A stretch of 42,289 bases of DNA from Eubacteriales bacterium (GTDB taxonomy: Bacteria > Bacillota > Clostridia > Oscillospirales > CAG-272), in the NCBI GenBank assembly GCA_045634705.1, contig JAZRAU010000061.1, positions 1 through 42,289 on the forward strand, in the 5' to 3' direction. This document shows, piece by piece, positions 20,076-29,974 of this stretch (position 1 is its first letter; every line of letters starts with the position of its first letter). Made by a program: the position numbers and the translations under genes. The notes beneath the pieces are model-generated. The model worked only from the letters and a program-made list of their open reading frames with translations, had not been told where the DNA came from and ran no database searches.

Positions 20076-21104
20076 TCAAAGCATTTCGGCAAGCTGCAGC
20101 ACGAGGCGCTCGGTCTTTTCCCAGCCGAGGCAGGGGTCAGTGATCGAACGGCCAAAGACGCCCTCCTCGGCCTTGCCCGCGCCGTCCTCGAGGTAACTCT
20201 CGATCATCAGCCCCTTGACCAGGCGGCGGATATCGGGGTTCTGACGGCGGCTCTCGGCGATCTCCCTGGAGATGCGGATCTGTTCGTTGTATTTCTTTCC
20301 GGAGTTCGAGTGATTGGTATCAATGATCGCAGCAGGGTTCTTGAGCTCCCGCTTCGCATACAGCTCGGAAAGACGGGAAAGCGTCTCGTAGTGGTAGTTC
20401 GGGTAGGAGTTGCCCAGCTCATCCACGTAGCCGCGCAAAATGGCGTGAGTGTAGGGGTTGCCCTCACTCTGCACCTCCCAGCCACGGTAGATGAAGGCGT
20501 GGGAGTGCTGGGCAGCTGTGATCGAGTTCATCATGACCGTGAGGTCACCGCTGGTCGGGTTCTTCATGCCGACGGGGATGTTAAGGCCGCTGGCCGTCAT
20601 ACGGTGATGCTGGTCCTCGACCGATCGCGCGCCCACAGCCACGTAGGAAAGAAGGTCGTCAAGGTAGCGGTGGTTTTCGGGATAGAGCATCTCGTCGGCC
20701 GAGGTGAGGCCCGTCTCACGGAAGGCGCGCATATGCAGCTCACGCACTGTGACGATGCCCTGCAGAAGATCGGGCTTGCCCACGGGGTTCGGCTGGTGGA
20801 GGATCCCCTTATAGCCGTCTCCTGTCGTTCTCGGCTTTCCCGTATAGATGCGCGGGATCATCACGATCTTGTCCTTCACGCGCTCGCCAAGGACGGCCAA
20901 ACGGTGGATATACTTAAGCACGCTGTCCTCGTTATCGGCAGAGCAGGGGCCGATGATCAGCAAAAATTTGTCACTCTCTCCCGTAAAAATGCTCGCGATC
21001 TCGGCGTCGCGCTCGGCCTTTTTTCGCTTCAGCTCGTCGGTCAGAGGATACTCGGCCTTGACCTCCTTCGGAACGGGAAGCTTGCGGATAAAATTCATAT
21101 TCAT
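20076..21104 (-). CDS. aroF: 3-deoxy-7-phosphoheptulonate (DAHP) synthase, class I-alpha
   Basis: IIGPCS, KPRT, VGARS, VGMKN, HAILRG, DTNHSNS, GLMIES, SITDPC. Confidence 0.93.
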   Translation of the reverse strand: MNMNFIRKLPVPKEVKAEYPLTDELKRKKAERDAEIASIFTGESDKFLLIIGPCSADNEDSVLKYIHRLAVLGERVKDKIVMIPRIYTGKPRTTGDGYKGILHQPNPVGKPDLLQGIVTVRELHMRAFRETGLTSADEMLYPENHRYLDDLLSYVAVGARSVEDQHHRMTASGLNIPVGMKNPTSGDLTVMMNSITAAQHSHAFIYRGWEVQSEGNPYTHAILRGYVDELGNSYPNYHYETLSRLSELYAKRELKNPAAIIDTNHSNSGKKYNEQIRISREIAESRRQNPDIRRLVKGLMIESYLEDGAGKAEEGVFGRSITDPCLGWEKTERLVLQLAEML

Positions 21105-21124
21105 GGTAGGTACTCCTTTGGGGG

Positions 21125-21988
21125 TCAGCGTTTTTTCTTGTCAAAGAGGGCGCGGCGCGCCGTAGAGTGGCGCATGATCTCGCGCAGGGCCTCGCGGTTT
21201 TCGGTTGCAAGGTAGTGGCGGATCTTGGCCATTTCGGCCTCAAAGAGGTCGATCTGTGCCAAAAGGGCGTCCTTGTTGAGCAGGAACAGCTCACTCCACA
21301 TCTCGTCATTGAGGCGTGCAATGCGCGTAAGATCGCGGAAGCTGTCGCCCGTGTAATCCTCAAGATTGTCATAGGACTTGGCCGTCATCAGCGACACCGC
21401 AATGCAGTGGGTGAGCTGGGAAACGTACCCGATGATTTCGTCGTGCTCGGTCGGCGAGAGCGAGGAGATGCGGGCAAAGCCCAGCGTGCGGCCGAGATCC
21501 TCGCAAAGCTCAATGGCGCCCGCGGTGTTCCTCTCCGAGGGGGTAACGACGTAGTTTGCGCCCGTAAAGATCGCTTCGTCGCTGTATTCAATGCCGGAGC
21601 GCTCGCGCCCCGCCATGGGGTGCGCCGCAATAAACTCCACATCGGGGCGGAGCATGGCCTGGATCTTATCGACAATGCAGGACTTGACACCTGTCACGTC
21701 GGTGAGGATCGCGCCGCTTTTGAACAACCCCTGATGCTCCTCGATCCAGCGGATAAAGGTACCGGGATAGAGAGCAAACACCAAAAGGTCGGCTTCCCCC
21801 ACAAGGCGGGGATCGACCTCGGTCGTGCCCTCGGCGATAAAGCCGCGAGAAAGGGCGTAATCGACCGTCTTTTGACTTCTGGTAATGGCCTTCACCGTAA
21901 AGCCCTGGCGCGTGAGCGACTGCGCGTAGCTGCCGCCGAGAAGTCCAAGACCGACGATGAGAATGTTCATATCCTTAGTTAACTTCAT
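21125..21988 (-). CDS. tyrA: Prephenate dehydrogenase
   Basis: GLGLLGGS Rossmann motif, DVTGVK, HPMAGRERSG, EHD, SFRDLTRIA. Confidence 0.93.
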   Translation of the reverse strand: MKLTKDMNILIVGLGLLGGSYAQSLTRQGFTVKAITRSQKTVDYALSRGFIAEGTTEVDPRLVGEADLLVFALYPGTFIRWIEEHQGLFKSGAILTDVTGVKSCIVDKIQAMLRPDVEFIAAHPMAGRERSGIEYSDEAIFTGANYVVTPSERNTAGAIELCEDLGRTLGFARISSLSPTEHDEIIGYVSQLTHCIAVSLMTAKSYDNLEDYTGDSFRDLTRIARLNDEMWSELFLLNKDALLAQIDLFEAEMAKIRHYLATENREALREIMRHSTARRALFDKKKR

Positions 21989-23186
21989 AAGTCACCTCGG
22001 CTCCCAATTGTGTTAGGATTTCAAAGTATTCTGGTAAACTTTTCTTTACAGCCTCGGCCCCCTCAATGACGCCCCCAAGCACCGTCAGGAGGGTAGAGAG
22101 CGCCATAACGATGCGGTGGTCGTTGTGGCCGTCGAGAGGACAGGTGGGCGCACGGAGCGTGCCCCCCTCCACCGTGATACGGTTTTTCTCCACCGTCACG
22201 CAGACGCCAAGCTTTGAAAGCTCCTTGGCCATAGCCGCGCCGCGGTCGCTCTCCTTGATCGAAAGGCGCGCGGTGTCAAGGAACACGGCGCCGTTCTTTG
22301 CGGCCGCCACGGCCATGAGAACGGGGCCAAGGTCGGGGCAGTCGGCCAAGGAGAGCGTGGGGGTGCCTGCCGCCAGGGCGAAAAAATGCTCACGGTACAC
22401 GCGGTCCCCCTGACGGCTGTTGGGGTCCAGCCCCTCCACCGTCACATCGTGACCGAGGACGCGGAGCGCCTCAAAAAAGGCGGCGTTTGAATAATCGCCC
22501 TCCACCGCCACGTCACACGGGGTGAGGGCGCGGACAGGCTCTGCGTACAGGACATCACCCTCGGCGCGCACAGGCGCCCCGAAGCGTGAGAGCATTTCCA
22601 TGGTCAGATCAATATAGGAACGGCTTTCGACCGGTGGCAGAAGATGGAGCGTGCCGCCCTCCTCGGTCAGGGGGAGAGCAAACAAAAGCCCCGTGATGAA
22701 CTGACTGCTGACGTCGCCGCGGACGGCGTACTCACCGCCGGACAAGCGGCCGCCGACCGAGAGAGAGCCGCCTGAGAGGCAGAATGGAAGGCCATGCCGC
22801 TCGGCGATCTCTTGGTAGACCGTGAGAGGCCGCGAGAGCAATCGCTCACTCCCCATAAGGCGCGCGCCGTTTCCCGAAAGCCAGCAAAGCGGCAAAAGAA
22901 AGCGGAGTGTGCTGCCGCTTTCGCGGCAGAGAAGGGGGGCGGTTGGCTGTGCCCTTCGTATGTCAAAGCCGCTGACGGTGGCCACACCGTCCGAGATCTC
23001 GATCCCGGCACCGAGCGCACGGAGGCAGTCCACCGTGGCCTGAATGTCCTCAGAGGCGGCAACGCCGCAGATGTGGGAGACGCCGTCCGCAAGCGCGGCT
23101 GCGATCAGTGCGCGGTGGGCCATGCTCTTGGAGGGTGGGGCCTTCACAACGCCACCAAGGCTCCCCGGTGCGATCCTAACGGTCAT
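21975..23186 (-). CDS. aroA: 3-phosphoshikimate 1-carboxyvinyltransferase (EPSP synthase)
   Basis: PPSKSMAHR, ESGSTLRF, SSQFITG, KESDR, DHRIVM. Confidence 0.95.
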   Translation of the reverse strand: MTVRIAPGSLGGVVKAPPSKSMAHRALIAAALADGVSHICGVAASEDIQATVDCLRALGAGIEISDGVATVSGFDIRRAQPTAPLLCRESGSTLRFLLPLCWLSGNGARLMGSERLLSRPLTVYQEIAERHGLPFCLSGGSLSVGGRLSGGEYAVRGDVSSQFITGLLFALPLTEEGGTLHLLPPVESRSYIDLTMEMLSRFGAPVRAEGDVLYAEPVRALTPCDVAVEGDYSNAAFFEALRVLGHDVTVEGLDPNSRQGDRVYREHFFALAAGTPTLSLADCPDLGPVLMAVAAAKNGAVFLDTARLSIKESDRGAAMAKELSKLGVCVTVEKNRITVEGGTLRAPTCPLDGHNDHRIVMALSTLLTVLGGVIEGAEAVKKSLPEYFEILTQLGAEVTYEVN

Positions 23187-23620
23187 GCCTTTCCCCCCTT
23201 AGCAAGGAGAAGGTCAATGGCCTCCAGGTAGCCGTCGGTGCCGTGGCCCGAGATCGTGGCGATGCAGGCGGCGCGGATATAGCTTAAACGGCGGAAGTCC
23301 TCGCGCGCATTGACGTCGGAGATATGCACCTCGACCGTTGGAAGTGAGACCGCCTTAACGGCGTCAAGGAGCGCCACGCTCGTATGCGTGTATGCGCCCG
23401 GATTGATGACGATGCCGTCGTAACGTCCCAGAGCGCGCTGAATGGCCGTGACAAGGGCGCCCTCACAGTTCGACTGTACAAAGCGCACCCGAGCGCCCCT
23501 TGCCCCCGCGTGGGCGCGGATTTTCTTCAAAAGGTCACGGTAGGTCTCCCGACCGTAATGTGCTGGCTCGCGGATGCCGAGCATATTGAGGTTCGGACCG
23601 TTAATGACGAGTATCTTCAT
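23183..23620 (-). CDS. aroQ: Type II 3-dehydroquinate dehydratase
   Basis: NGPNLNMLGIREP, NPGAYTHTS, VEVHIS. Confidence 0.95.
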   Translation of the reverse strand: MKILVINGPNLNMLGIREPAHYGRETYRDLLKKIRAHAGARGARVRFVQSNCEGALVTAIQRALGRYDGIVINPGAYTHTSVALLDAVKAVSLPTVEVHISDVNAREDFRRLSYIRAACIATISGHGTDGYLEAIDLLLAKGGKA

Positions 23621-24899
23621 GGAAAAAGTCCTTTCGTATCAGAAGGGCGGCCTCCTCGGCGCTCCCCACGTTCGGAATGCGGACGTCGGAGGTGGCCAAA
23701 TAGCGCCCGTAGCGCTCCTCGTAGCGGCGGCGGATCGCCTCGCGGGAGGCGGCCAGCGGGCGGTCCTCGGTAGGTAAGAGGGCCGGGAGCGGTCGGTCAA
23801 GGAAATAGCGCCGTCCCGTGCGGCCGAGGGCGCGGACGCTCGCATCGTCAAGGATCGCGCCGCCGCCCGTGGCGATCACAGCCCCGGTCGTCCCGTTGGC
23901 GATTTTCATGACCACCTCGCGCTCTATGGCGCGGAAGCCACTCTCACCGCGCTCGCGGAAGATCGTGGGAATGTCGCAGCCCGCCGCCTTTACGATCTCG
24001 GCATCGGTGTCGATAAAGGGGCGGCCAAGTGCCTCAGAAAGGAGGCGGCCGACCGTGGTCTTGCCACAGGAAGGCATGCCCGTCAGCACGAGATTTTCCT
24101 TCTCGCATGCGGCCGCATGAAAGATGCGCGCGGTCTCGGCATCGGTGGCGGGATCGGCGGCCACGGTGTCAAAATCCTCCCCGAGGAACACGCGCGAGGC
24201 CAGCACCGCCTGACCGACCAGCATATACAACCCGCCCTCGGCGGGGATCCCCACGGCACGGGCCTCGGTCACAAGGTTGGTGCGGAGGGGGTTGTACACC
24301 GCATCCACAACGCCAAGAAGGCGTGGGAAGCGGGAAATGTCGATCGGCACCGCCGCAATGTGCGCGGCACCGTCGGCATAGGGATACATCCCCACGGGGG
24401 TGGTGTTGAAGATGACCTCGGCATCGCTGTGGTGCGTGAGCGCCTCCCCGTAGGAGACCGAGCCGTTTTTCGGTCGGCGCTCGACCGTGACAATGGCGGC
24501 GGCCCCCTCGGCCTCGGCTACCGCGTGCGCGGTGCGCGCCGTGCCCCCGGCGCCAAGGATCATCACCTTACGCCCGGAAAGCGACACGCCGATGCGGCGA
24601 ACGAGTGCGAGAAGCCCGTAAAAATCGGTGTTGTAGCCGTAAAGGCTCCCGCCGCGGTTGACCACAGTATTGACGGCGCCAATGCGCCGCGCCGCCTCGT
24701 GGATCCCCGAAAGATAGGGGATCACGGTCTGCTTGTAGGGAATGGTGACGTTGATCGCCGTAAAGTCGGCCCGTTCCATAAAGGGGCCGACCTCCTCGGG
24801 GGATAGCTCTGTGAGCCGATAATCGTAGGAGGCGCACTTCGCGTGGATCTCCTTGGAAAAGCTGTGCGGCAAATGCTCGCCGATCAATCCGTACGTCAT
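23601..24899 (-). CDS. aroE: Bifunctional shikimate dehydrogenase (AroE) / shikimate kinase (AroK) fusion
   Basis: N-terminal HSFS, NVTIPYK, GAVNT, NTD, GAGG; C-terminal GMPSCGKTT, DTD, FRAIE, ATGGG, RPL. Confidence 0.9.
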   Translation of the reverse strand: MTYGLIGEHLPHSFSKEIHAKCASYDYRLTELSPEEVGPFMERADFTAINVTIPYKQTVIPYLSGIHEAARRIGAVNTVVNRGGSLYGYNTDFYGLLALVRRIGVSLSGRKVMILGAGGTARTAHAVAEAEGAAAIVTVERRPKNGSVSYGEALTHHSDAEVIFNTTPVGMYPYADGAAHIAAVPIDISRFPRLLGVVDAVYNPLRTNLVTEARAVGIPAEGGLYMLVGQAVLASRVFLGEDFDTVAADPATDAETARIFHAAACEKENLVLTGMPSCGKTTVGRLLSEALGRPFIDTDAEIVKAAGCDIPTIFRERGESGFRAIEREVVMKIANGTTGAVIATGGGAILDDASVRALGRTGRRYFLDRPLPALLPTEDRPLAASREAIRRRYEERYGRYLATSDVRIPNVGSAEEAALLIRKDFFHEDTRH

Positions 24900-24941
24900 A
24901 CGGTGGCCTCCTTTCGCGAAAAATGCAAAGTTTCTTTTACC

Positions 24942-26033
24942 TTACGCTCTCAGATAGTCGGTGCCGAAGCGCAGAGCGAGAAGGTCGCAAAGTGCCAGCG
25001 CCACAGCGCTGTCCACCACAACGCGCGCGCGGTGGACGATCGCGGGGTCGTGCCGTCCCTCGATTTTTAGCGTTGTCTCTGTCATAGCGGTAAGATCCAC
25101 CGTCGCCTGCTCCTTGTAGATCGAGGGCGTGGGCTTGACGGCGGTGCGGACGATGAGGGGAGCCCCTGTGGTGATGCCGCCGAGAATGCCACCCGCGCGG
25201 TTGGTAGCTGTGGTCACACGGCCGTCCTTTAGGGTAAAGGCGTCGTTGGCGGTGCTGCCGCGCATCCCGGCAAGGGCAAAGCCGTCACCGAATTCCACGC
25301 CCTTGACGGCAGGAATCGAAAAAAGAATGTGAGAGAGCACGCTCTCCACCGTGTCAAACCACGGCTCACCGACACCGCCGGGAAGTCCCAAAACGGCGGT
25401 CTCGAGAACGCCGCCCACGCTGTCGCCCTCAGCACGCGCCGCCTCGATCGCGGCACGCATCCCCTCACCCGCGGCCTCGTCCAGCGTGGCAAAGTCGCGG
25501 TCCTCAAGGGTGGCGAGGTCGTTGAGCACGTCGCCAAAGCGGCGGTCGGAGATGCCCCCGCAGGCGGCAATGTGCGTGCCGATGCGGATCCCGCGGGCCG
25601 ACAGCGCCGAAAGCGCCACGGCCCCCGCGGCTACGAGACCCGCCGTGATGCGGCCAGAAAAGTGGCCGCCGCCGCGCTCATCGGCAAAGCCGTGATACTT
25701 GAGAAGCGCGGTGTAGTCGGCGTGTCCCGGTCGGGGAAGTGTGCGGAGCTTTTCGTAGTCGCCGCTTTTTGTATCGGTGTTTTCGATAAGAAAGGTGATG
25801 GGAGTTCCCGTGGTCAGGCCGTCCTTCACACCGCTGACGATCCTCACCTCGTCGGGCTCACGTCTCTTTGTGGAAAGGGCGGCCGGTCCCTGCCGCCGTG
25901 CCATCTGACGGCAGAGAAATTCCCTGTCGACCGGGATCCCCGGGGCCATGCCGTCGAGAACAGCACCGATCGCTTCTCCGTGGCTCTCGCCAAGGAGCGT
26001 AACAGTGACTGAGCTGCCAAACGTATTTTTCAT
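24942..26033 (-). CDS. aroC: Chorismate synthase
   Basis: GESHG, RPGHAD, GGGHFSGRIT, KPTPSI, GRHDP. Confidence 0.96.
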   Translation of the reverse strand: MKNTFGSSVTVTLLGESHGEAIGAVLDGMAPGIPVDREFLCRQMARRQGPAALSTKRREPDEVRIVSGVKDGLTTGTPITFLIENTDTKSGDYEKLRTLPRPGHADYTALLKYHGFADERGGGHFSGRITAGLVAAGAVALSALSARGIRIGTHIAACGGISDRRFGDVLNDLATLEDRDFATLDEAAGEGMRAAIEAARAEGDSVGGVLETAVLGLPGGVGEPWFDTVESVLSHILFSIPAVKGVEFGDGFALAGMRGSTANDAFTLKDGRVTTATNRAGGILGGITTGAPLIVRTAVKPTPSIYKEQATVDLTAMTETTLKIEGRHDPAIVHRARVVVDSAVALALCDLLALRFGTDYLRA

Positions 26034-27043
26034 CGTGACATCTCCTTTTTGACAAAGTTGCAGAATTCGGAGATCGGGGAAATGCGCTCCTCAAAGGCTC
26101 CGATACGCGGTACGTAAATGTAGCGGATCTTGTCGCCGCTGGCCTTTTTGTCGTGGTAGACGGGGGTCAGTATCTCGTCGGTGGGGAGATCGGCCGTGAT
26201 CGGAAGCCCCGCCTTCTTAAGCAGCGGAACCAGCCGCCCACGCACCTCCTCCGAGGAGAGGGGAAGCATACCGAGCGCCACGCACTCACCGTGAAGGAGG
26301 CCCGAAAGCGCGGCGGCGCTCTCGTAGCCGTGGCCCAGCGTGTGGCCGAAGTTGAGAACGCGGCGCAGGGAGCTTTCGCGCTCGTCTGCCTCCACGACGG
26401 CACGCTTGATCTCAAGCGAGCCGACAATGATGTCATCGAGGATATCGGAAAGGCTTTCGCGCTCCATTCTCTCAAAGAGTGCGGCATCCGAGGTGGCGGC
26501 CATTTTAATGGCCTCGGCAAGCCCTGCCGAGATATGGCGGCGCGGTAGGGTAGCCAGCACCTCGGGGTCGATCAGCACGGCTCGCGGCTGGTGAAAGGCT
26601 CCCACCGAGTTCTTGACGCCGTCAAGATTTATGGCCGTCTTGCCCCCCACCGAGGAATCCACCTGTGCGAGAAGTGTTGTCGGAACGTTGTAAAAATCAA
26701 TGCCGCGCATATAGGTGGCGGCGGCAAAGCCTGCAAGATCACCGACCACCCCGCCCCCGACTGCCACCACGGCGTCGGTGCGCGTAAAGCCCTCGCGGAG
26801 CATGGTGGAGAGGAGAAGCTCAAGCGTCGCAAGGCTCTTGCTACCCTCGCCCGCGCTCACGCGCACGAGCGTGGGAGCCGCGGCCGCTCTCGTCACCGCC
26901 TCGGCATAGGCGGCGGGCACGCCCTCATCTGTCACCACCAGCACGCGGCGGTCGAGGCGGAAGATCTCTCCCACCGAGCCGAGGAGCCCGCGGCCCACGT
27001 GAATATCGTAGCTCTTGTCTTTAAGACTCACGGTCAGCTTCAT
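26030..27043 (-). CDS. aroB: 3-dehydroquinate synthase
   Basis: GGGVVGDLAGF, PTTLLAQVDSSVGGK, LNFGHTLGH, HGECV; start at ATG 27043. Confidence 0.96.
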   Translation of the reverse strand: MKLTVSLKDKSYDIHVGRGLLGSVGEIFRLDRRVLVVTDEGVPAAYAEAVTRAAAAPTLVRVSAGEGSKSLATLELLLSTMLREGFTRTDAVVAVGGGVVGDLAGFAAATYMRGIDFYNVPTTLLAQVDSSVGGKTAINLDGVKNSVGAFHQPRAVLIDPEVLATLPRRHISAGLAEAIKMAATSDAALFERMERESLSDILDDIIVGSLEIKRAVVEADERESSLRRVLNFGHTLGHGYESAAALSGLLHGECVALGMLPLSSEEVRGRLVPLLKKAGLPITADLPTDEILTPVYHDKKASGDKIRYIYVPRIGAFEERISPISEFCNFVKKEMSR

Positions 27044-27056
27044 AATGATCTCACTT

Positions 27057-28148
27057 TCAAAGAGTGGCGGGGTAGCGGAAGCTGCCAAGGACCTTCAGTC
27101 GGTCGCAGCAGCGCGTCAGCTCACCGAGCATGCACTTGCCGTCGTCGGTGTAGAGGTCGCCCTCCAGCTCTACGTAGAAGTAATATTGCCAAAGCAGCTC
27201 CTTCATCGGGCGTGAGCGCAGGCACCGCATGTTGTAGCCGTGAGCACCGATGATGTTGATCGCTTCGGCCAAGGAGCCCGCCTCGTTGCGGACGGTGAAG
27301 AGAAGGATCGAGTGCTTGTCCTTGGCGGTGTCAGCGGCCGCGGCGCGTGAAAGCACGGCAAAGCGCGTGGTGTTGATGCCTGTCTCGTTAATGTGACGCG
27401 CAAGCACGGTGAGACCGTACAGCGCGGCTGTCTCCTCGCTGGCAATGGCGGCTACGTGAATGTCGTTTTCCTCGGCCACGGCCCGTGCCGCCAGCGCGGT
27501 GTTTTCGGCCTCTCGGGTTTTGTATCCGTTGCCGCGCAGAAAGGAGGCGCATTGTGCAAGGGCCTGCGGGTGGCTGACCACCTCACGGATATCGGAAAGG
27601 GTCGCGCCCTTCGGCGCCAGGAGATGATGCGTAATGCTGAAATCGTAAACGCCGTTCACGGCAAGGCTGCCCGAGAACAGACGGTCGATCACCTGACCGA
27701 CCTCGCCCGCCGTGCTGTTTTCAATCGGAAGCACGGCCACGTCACAGTCACCCAAAAGGGCGGCATCGTAGGCGGCGTTGAAATCGGGGTACGGCACACA
27801 CTCGGCATCGGGGAAGATCTTATGCGCGGCAATTGAGGCAAAGGCCCCCTCAATTCCCGCAAAAGCCACCCGCATGCCGAGAAGGCGGCGGCGCTGATAA
27901 TGGCGCGAGGCCTGCATGGTGGACTGCAAAAATTCCACGTAATAGGAACGCATGTCGGCATCCTGCACGAGGGCGGAGTTCTTGCGGATCACCGCCTCCT
28001 CCCGCACCGCATCAAAGATCGGCAGGCCGTGGGCCCTCTTGTAGTCGGCCACGTCCTCCACCGCCCGCATGCGGCGGAGAAAGAGCGCCGCCATTTCGCG
28101 GTCGACCGCATCGATCTCCTGTCTCGCCTTTTCCAACTTGTCCGTCAT
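27057..28148 (-). CDS. pheA: Chorismate mutase / prephenate dehydratase (P-protein, with ACT domain)
   Basis: N-terminal chorismate mutase (RQEIDAVDR), PIENST, SHPQALAQC, NTTRF, C-terminal ACT; GAGGTG RBS. Confidence 0.93.
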   Translation of the reverse strand: MTDKLEKARQEIDAVDREMAALFLRRMRAVEDVADYKRAHGLPIFDAVREEAVIRKNSALVQDADMRSYYVEFLQSTMQASRHYQRRRLLGMRVAFAGIEGAFASIAAHKIFPDAECVPYPDFNAAYDAALLGDCDVAVLPIENSTAGEVGQVIDRLFSGSLAVNGVYDFSITHHLLAPKGATLSDIREVVSHPQALAQCASFLRGNGYKTREAENTALAARAVAEENDIHVAAIASEETAALYGLTVLARHINETGINTTRFAVLSRAAAADTAKDKHSILLFTVRNEAGSLAEAINIIGAHGYNMRCLRSRPMKELLWQYYFYVELEGDLYTDDGKCMLGELTRCCDRLKVLGSFRYPATL

Positions 28149-28195
28149 AAATGTCACCTCACGTGCGCGTACATTGAATTTAAGATTTTTACAGT

Positions 28196-28224
28196 ATTAT
28201 ACATCAAAAGCCTCCGTTTGTAAA
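28196..28224 (-). promoter_or_regulatory. SigA-type promoter of the aro operon
   Basis: TTTACA-17 nt-TATAAT on the minus strand, about 50 nt upstream of pheA. Confidence 0.7.
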
Positions 28225-28498
28225 GGGGAAAGGAGAAAAAAGAAAAACCGAAAATGGTGGCGAACCGTGAGGACAGACACATTGAAAATCTCGCGCGTAC
28301 GGCTTTGACGTTTGTAGAAGAAAATAATTACTTCCCCGACGGTAATAGAGATAAATGCAAGGTTTTGTTGTCGTTTTTTCTCGCAAAGAGCCGAAAAAAG
28401 AATGCACGTGGCGGCGGTGGGCGGCCGGTGCACATCACGGCCTGTTTGTTGAATAAAACACAATGAGGGTGGAAAAGGACGAAAATTGAAGCTTTCTG

Positions 28499-28527
28499 TT
28501 GACTTTCACGCGCGCGTGTGCTACAAT
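28499..28527 (+). promoter_or_regulatory. SigA-type promoter of uraA-upp
   Basis: TTGACT-17 nt-TACAAT with a TGn extended -10. Confidence 0.75.
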
Positions 28528-28590
28528 GATTGGCGAGATGCCGAGGGCACCCTCGGTGTTCGAATAAACGTCTTTTAGGAGGAAACATCT

Positions 28591-29973
28591 ATGGAGTCTA
28601 AGCTTATCTATGGCGTGCAGGACAGACCCGGTCTTTGGAAGACCATCGTCTTTGCACTTCAGCAGGTGCTTGCGATCCTGGCGGCGACCATCGTAGTTCC
28701 CGTCATCATCAACGGCAACACAGCGGAAATGGCCGTTCAGGCGCACATGTCGCAGTCGGCGGCGCTTCTTGGCGCCGGCGTGGGCACGATCGTGTACCTG
28801 CTGTTCACCAAGTTCAAGAGCCCCGTGTTTCTTGGCAGCTCGTTTGCCTTCCTCGGCTCGATGACTGCGGCCTTTGCGGGCGCCGTCAGCGCAGCGGGAG
28901 GATACCTCGGCTTGATCATCGGCGCTATCCTTGCCGGTCTTGTTTACGTGATCATTGCCATTGTCGTCAAGTACGCAGGCGTTAAGTGGATCAACAAGAT
29001 CATGCCTGCCGCCGTCATCGGGCCGACGGTTGCGGTCATCGGTCTTTCGCTGGCGGGTAACGCTGTTGGCGATCTTACCAAGGGTACGCCCTCTACCAAC
29101 CCCTACATTGCCCTCCTTTGCGGCCTTGTAACGCTTGCCACCGTTATCTTCTGCTCGGTTTACGGTAAAAAGATGATGAAGATCATCCCCTTCATTATTG
29201 GTATTGGCGCGGGCTATGCGGTTGCGGCCATCTTCACCCTCATCGGTGAGCTTGCCGACGTTCCTTCGCTTGTCGTTATCAACTTCAGCCTGTTCAAGGA
29301 TATGAGCTGGCTGCCTGAGTTCACCTTCATCGAGGCATTCGGCGGCTTTGGCGATCTCACCCCCTCGTACTTCGTCACCGTGCTCGTGGCTTACGTTCCC
29401 GTGGCCTTCGTCGTGTTTGCCGAGCATCTGGCCGACCACAAGAACATTTCGTCCATCATCGGTACCGACCTTACCGAGGACCCCGGCCTTCACCGCACCC
29501 TGCTTGGTGACGGCGTTGGCTCCATGGTTGGCGCCTTCTTCGGTGGCTGCCCCAACACCACCTACGGTGAGAGCGTTGGTTGCGTGGCCATTTCCCGCAA
29601 CGCCTCGGTCATCACCATCTTCACGGCGGCTATCATGTGCATCGTTTCGGCGTTCTTTGCCCCCTTCGTCACCCTGCTTGCCACCATTCCGTCTTGTGTC
29701 ATGGGCGGCGTATGCTTCACGCTTTACGGCTTCATCGCCGTTTCGGGTCTTAAGATGATCCAGAAGGTGGATCTCAACAAGAACTACAATCTCTTTACCG
29801 TTTCCGTTATCCTGATCGCAGGTGTTGGCGGAATGGTCCTCAACATCGGCAAGGTTACGATTACCTCGGTTGCTTGCGCGCTGATTCTCGGTATCCTCGT
29901 GAACCTCCTCACCTCGAAGGCGGCGAAGGCGGACGCTGACCGTACCGCCGAGGATGCTCCCTCGGAGGAGTAA
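28591..29973 (+). CDS. uraA: Uracil/xanthine permease (NCS2 family)
   Basis: SPVFLGSSFAF, FAEHLAD, PNTTYGES; multi-pass hydrophobic protein next to upp. Confidence 0.88.
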   Translation: MESKLIYGVQDRPGLWKTIVFALQQVLAILAATIVVPVIINGNTAEMAVQAHMSQSAALLGAGVGTIVYLLFTKFKSPVFLGSSFAFLGSMTAAFAGAVSAAGGYLGLIIGAILAGLVYVIIAIVVKYAGVKWINKIMPAAVIGPTVAVIGLSLAGNAVGDLTKGTPSTNPYIALLCGLVTLATVIFCSVYGKKMMKIIPFIIGIGAGYAVAAIFTLIGELADVPSLVVINFSLFKDMSWLPEFTFIEAFGGFGDLTPSYFVTVLVAYVPVAFVVFAEHLADHKNISSIIGTDLTEDPGLHRTLLGDGVGSMVGAFFGGCPNTTYGESVGCVAISRNASVITIFTAAIMCIVSAFFAPFVTLLATIPSCVMGGVCFTLYGFIAVSGLKMIQKVDLNKNYNLFTVSVILIAGVGGMVLNIGKVTITSVACALILGILVNLLTSKAAKADADRTAEDAPSEE

Positions 29974-29974
29974 A

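Noticed and set aside
28254-28466. 70-aa ORF in the pheA/uraA divergent region
   Set aside because: No RBS, atypical composition, and it lies between two promoters
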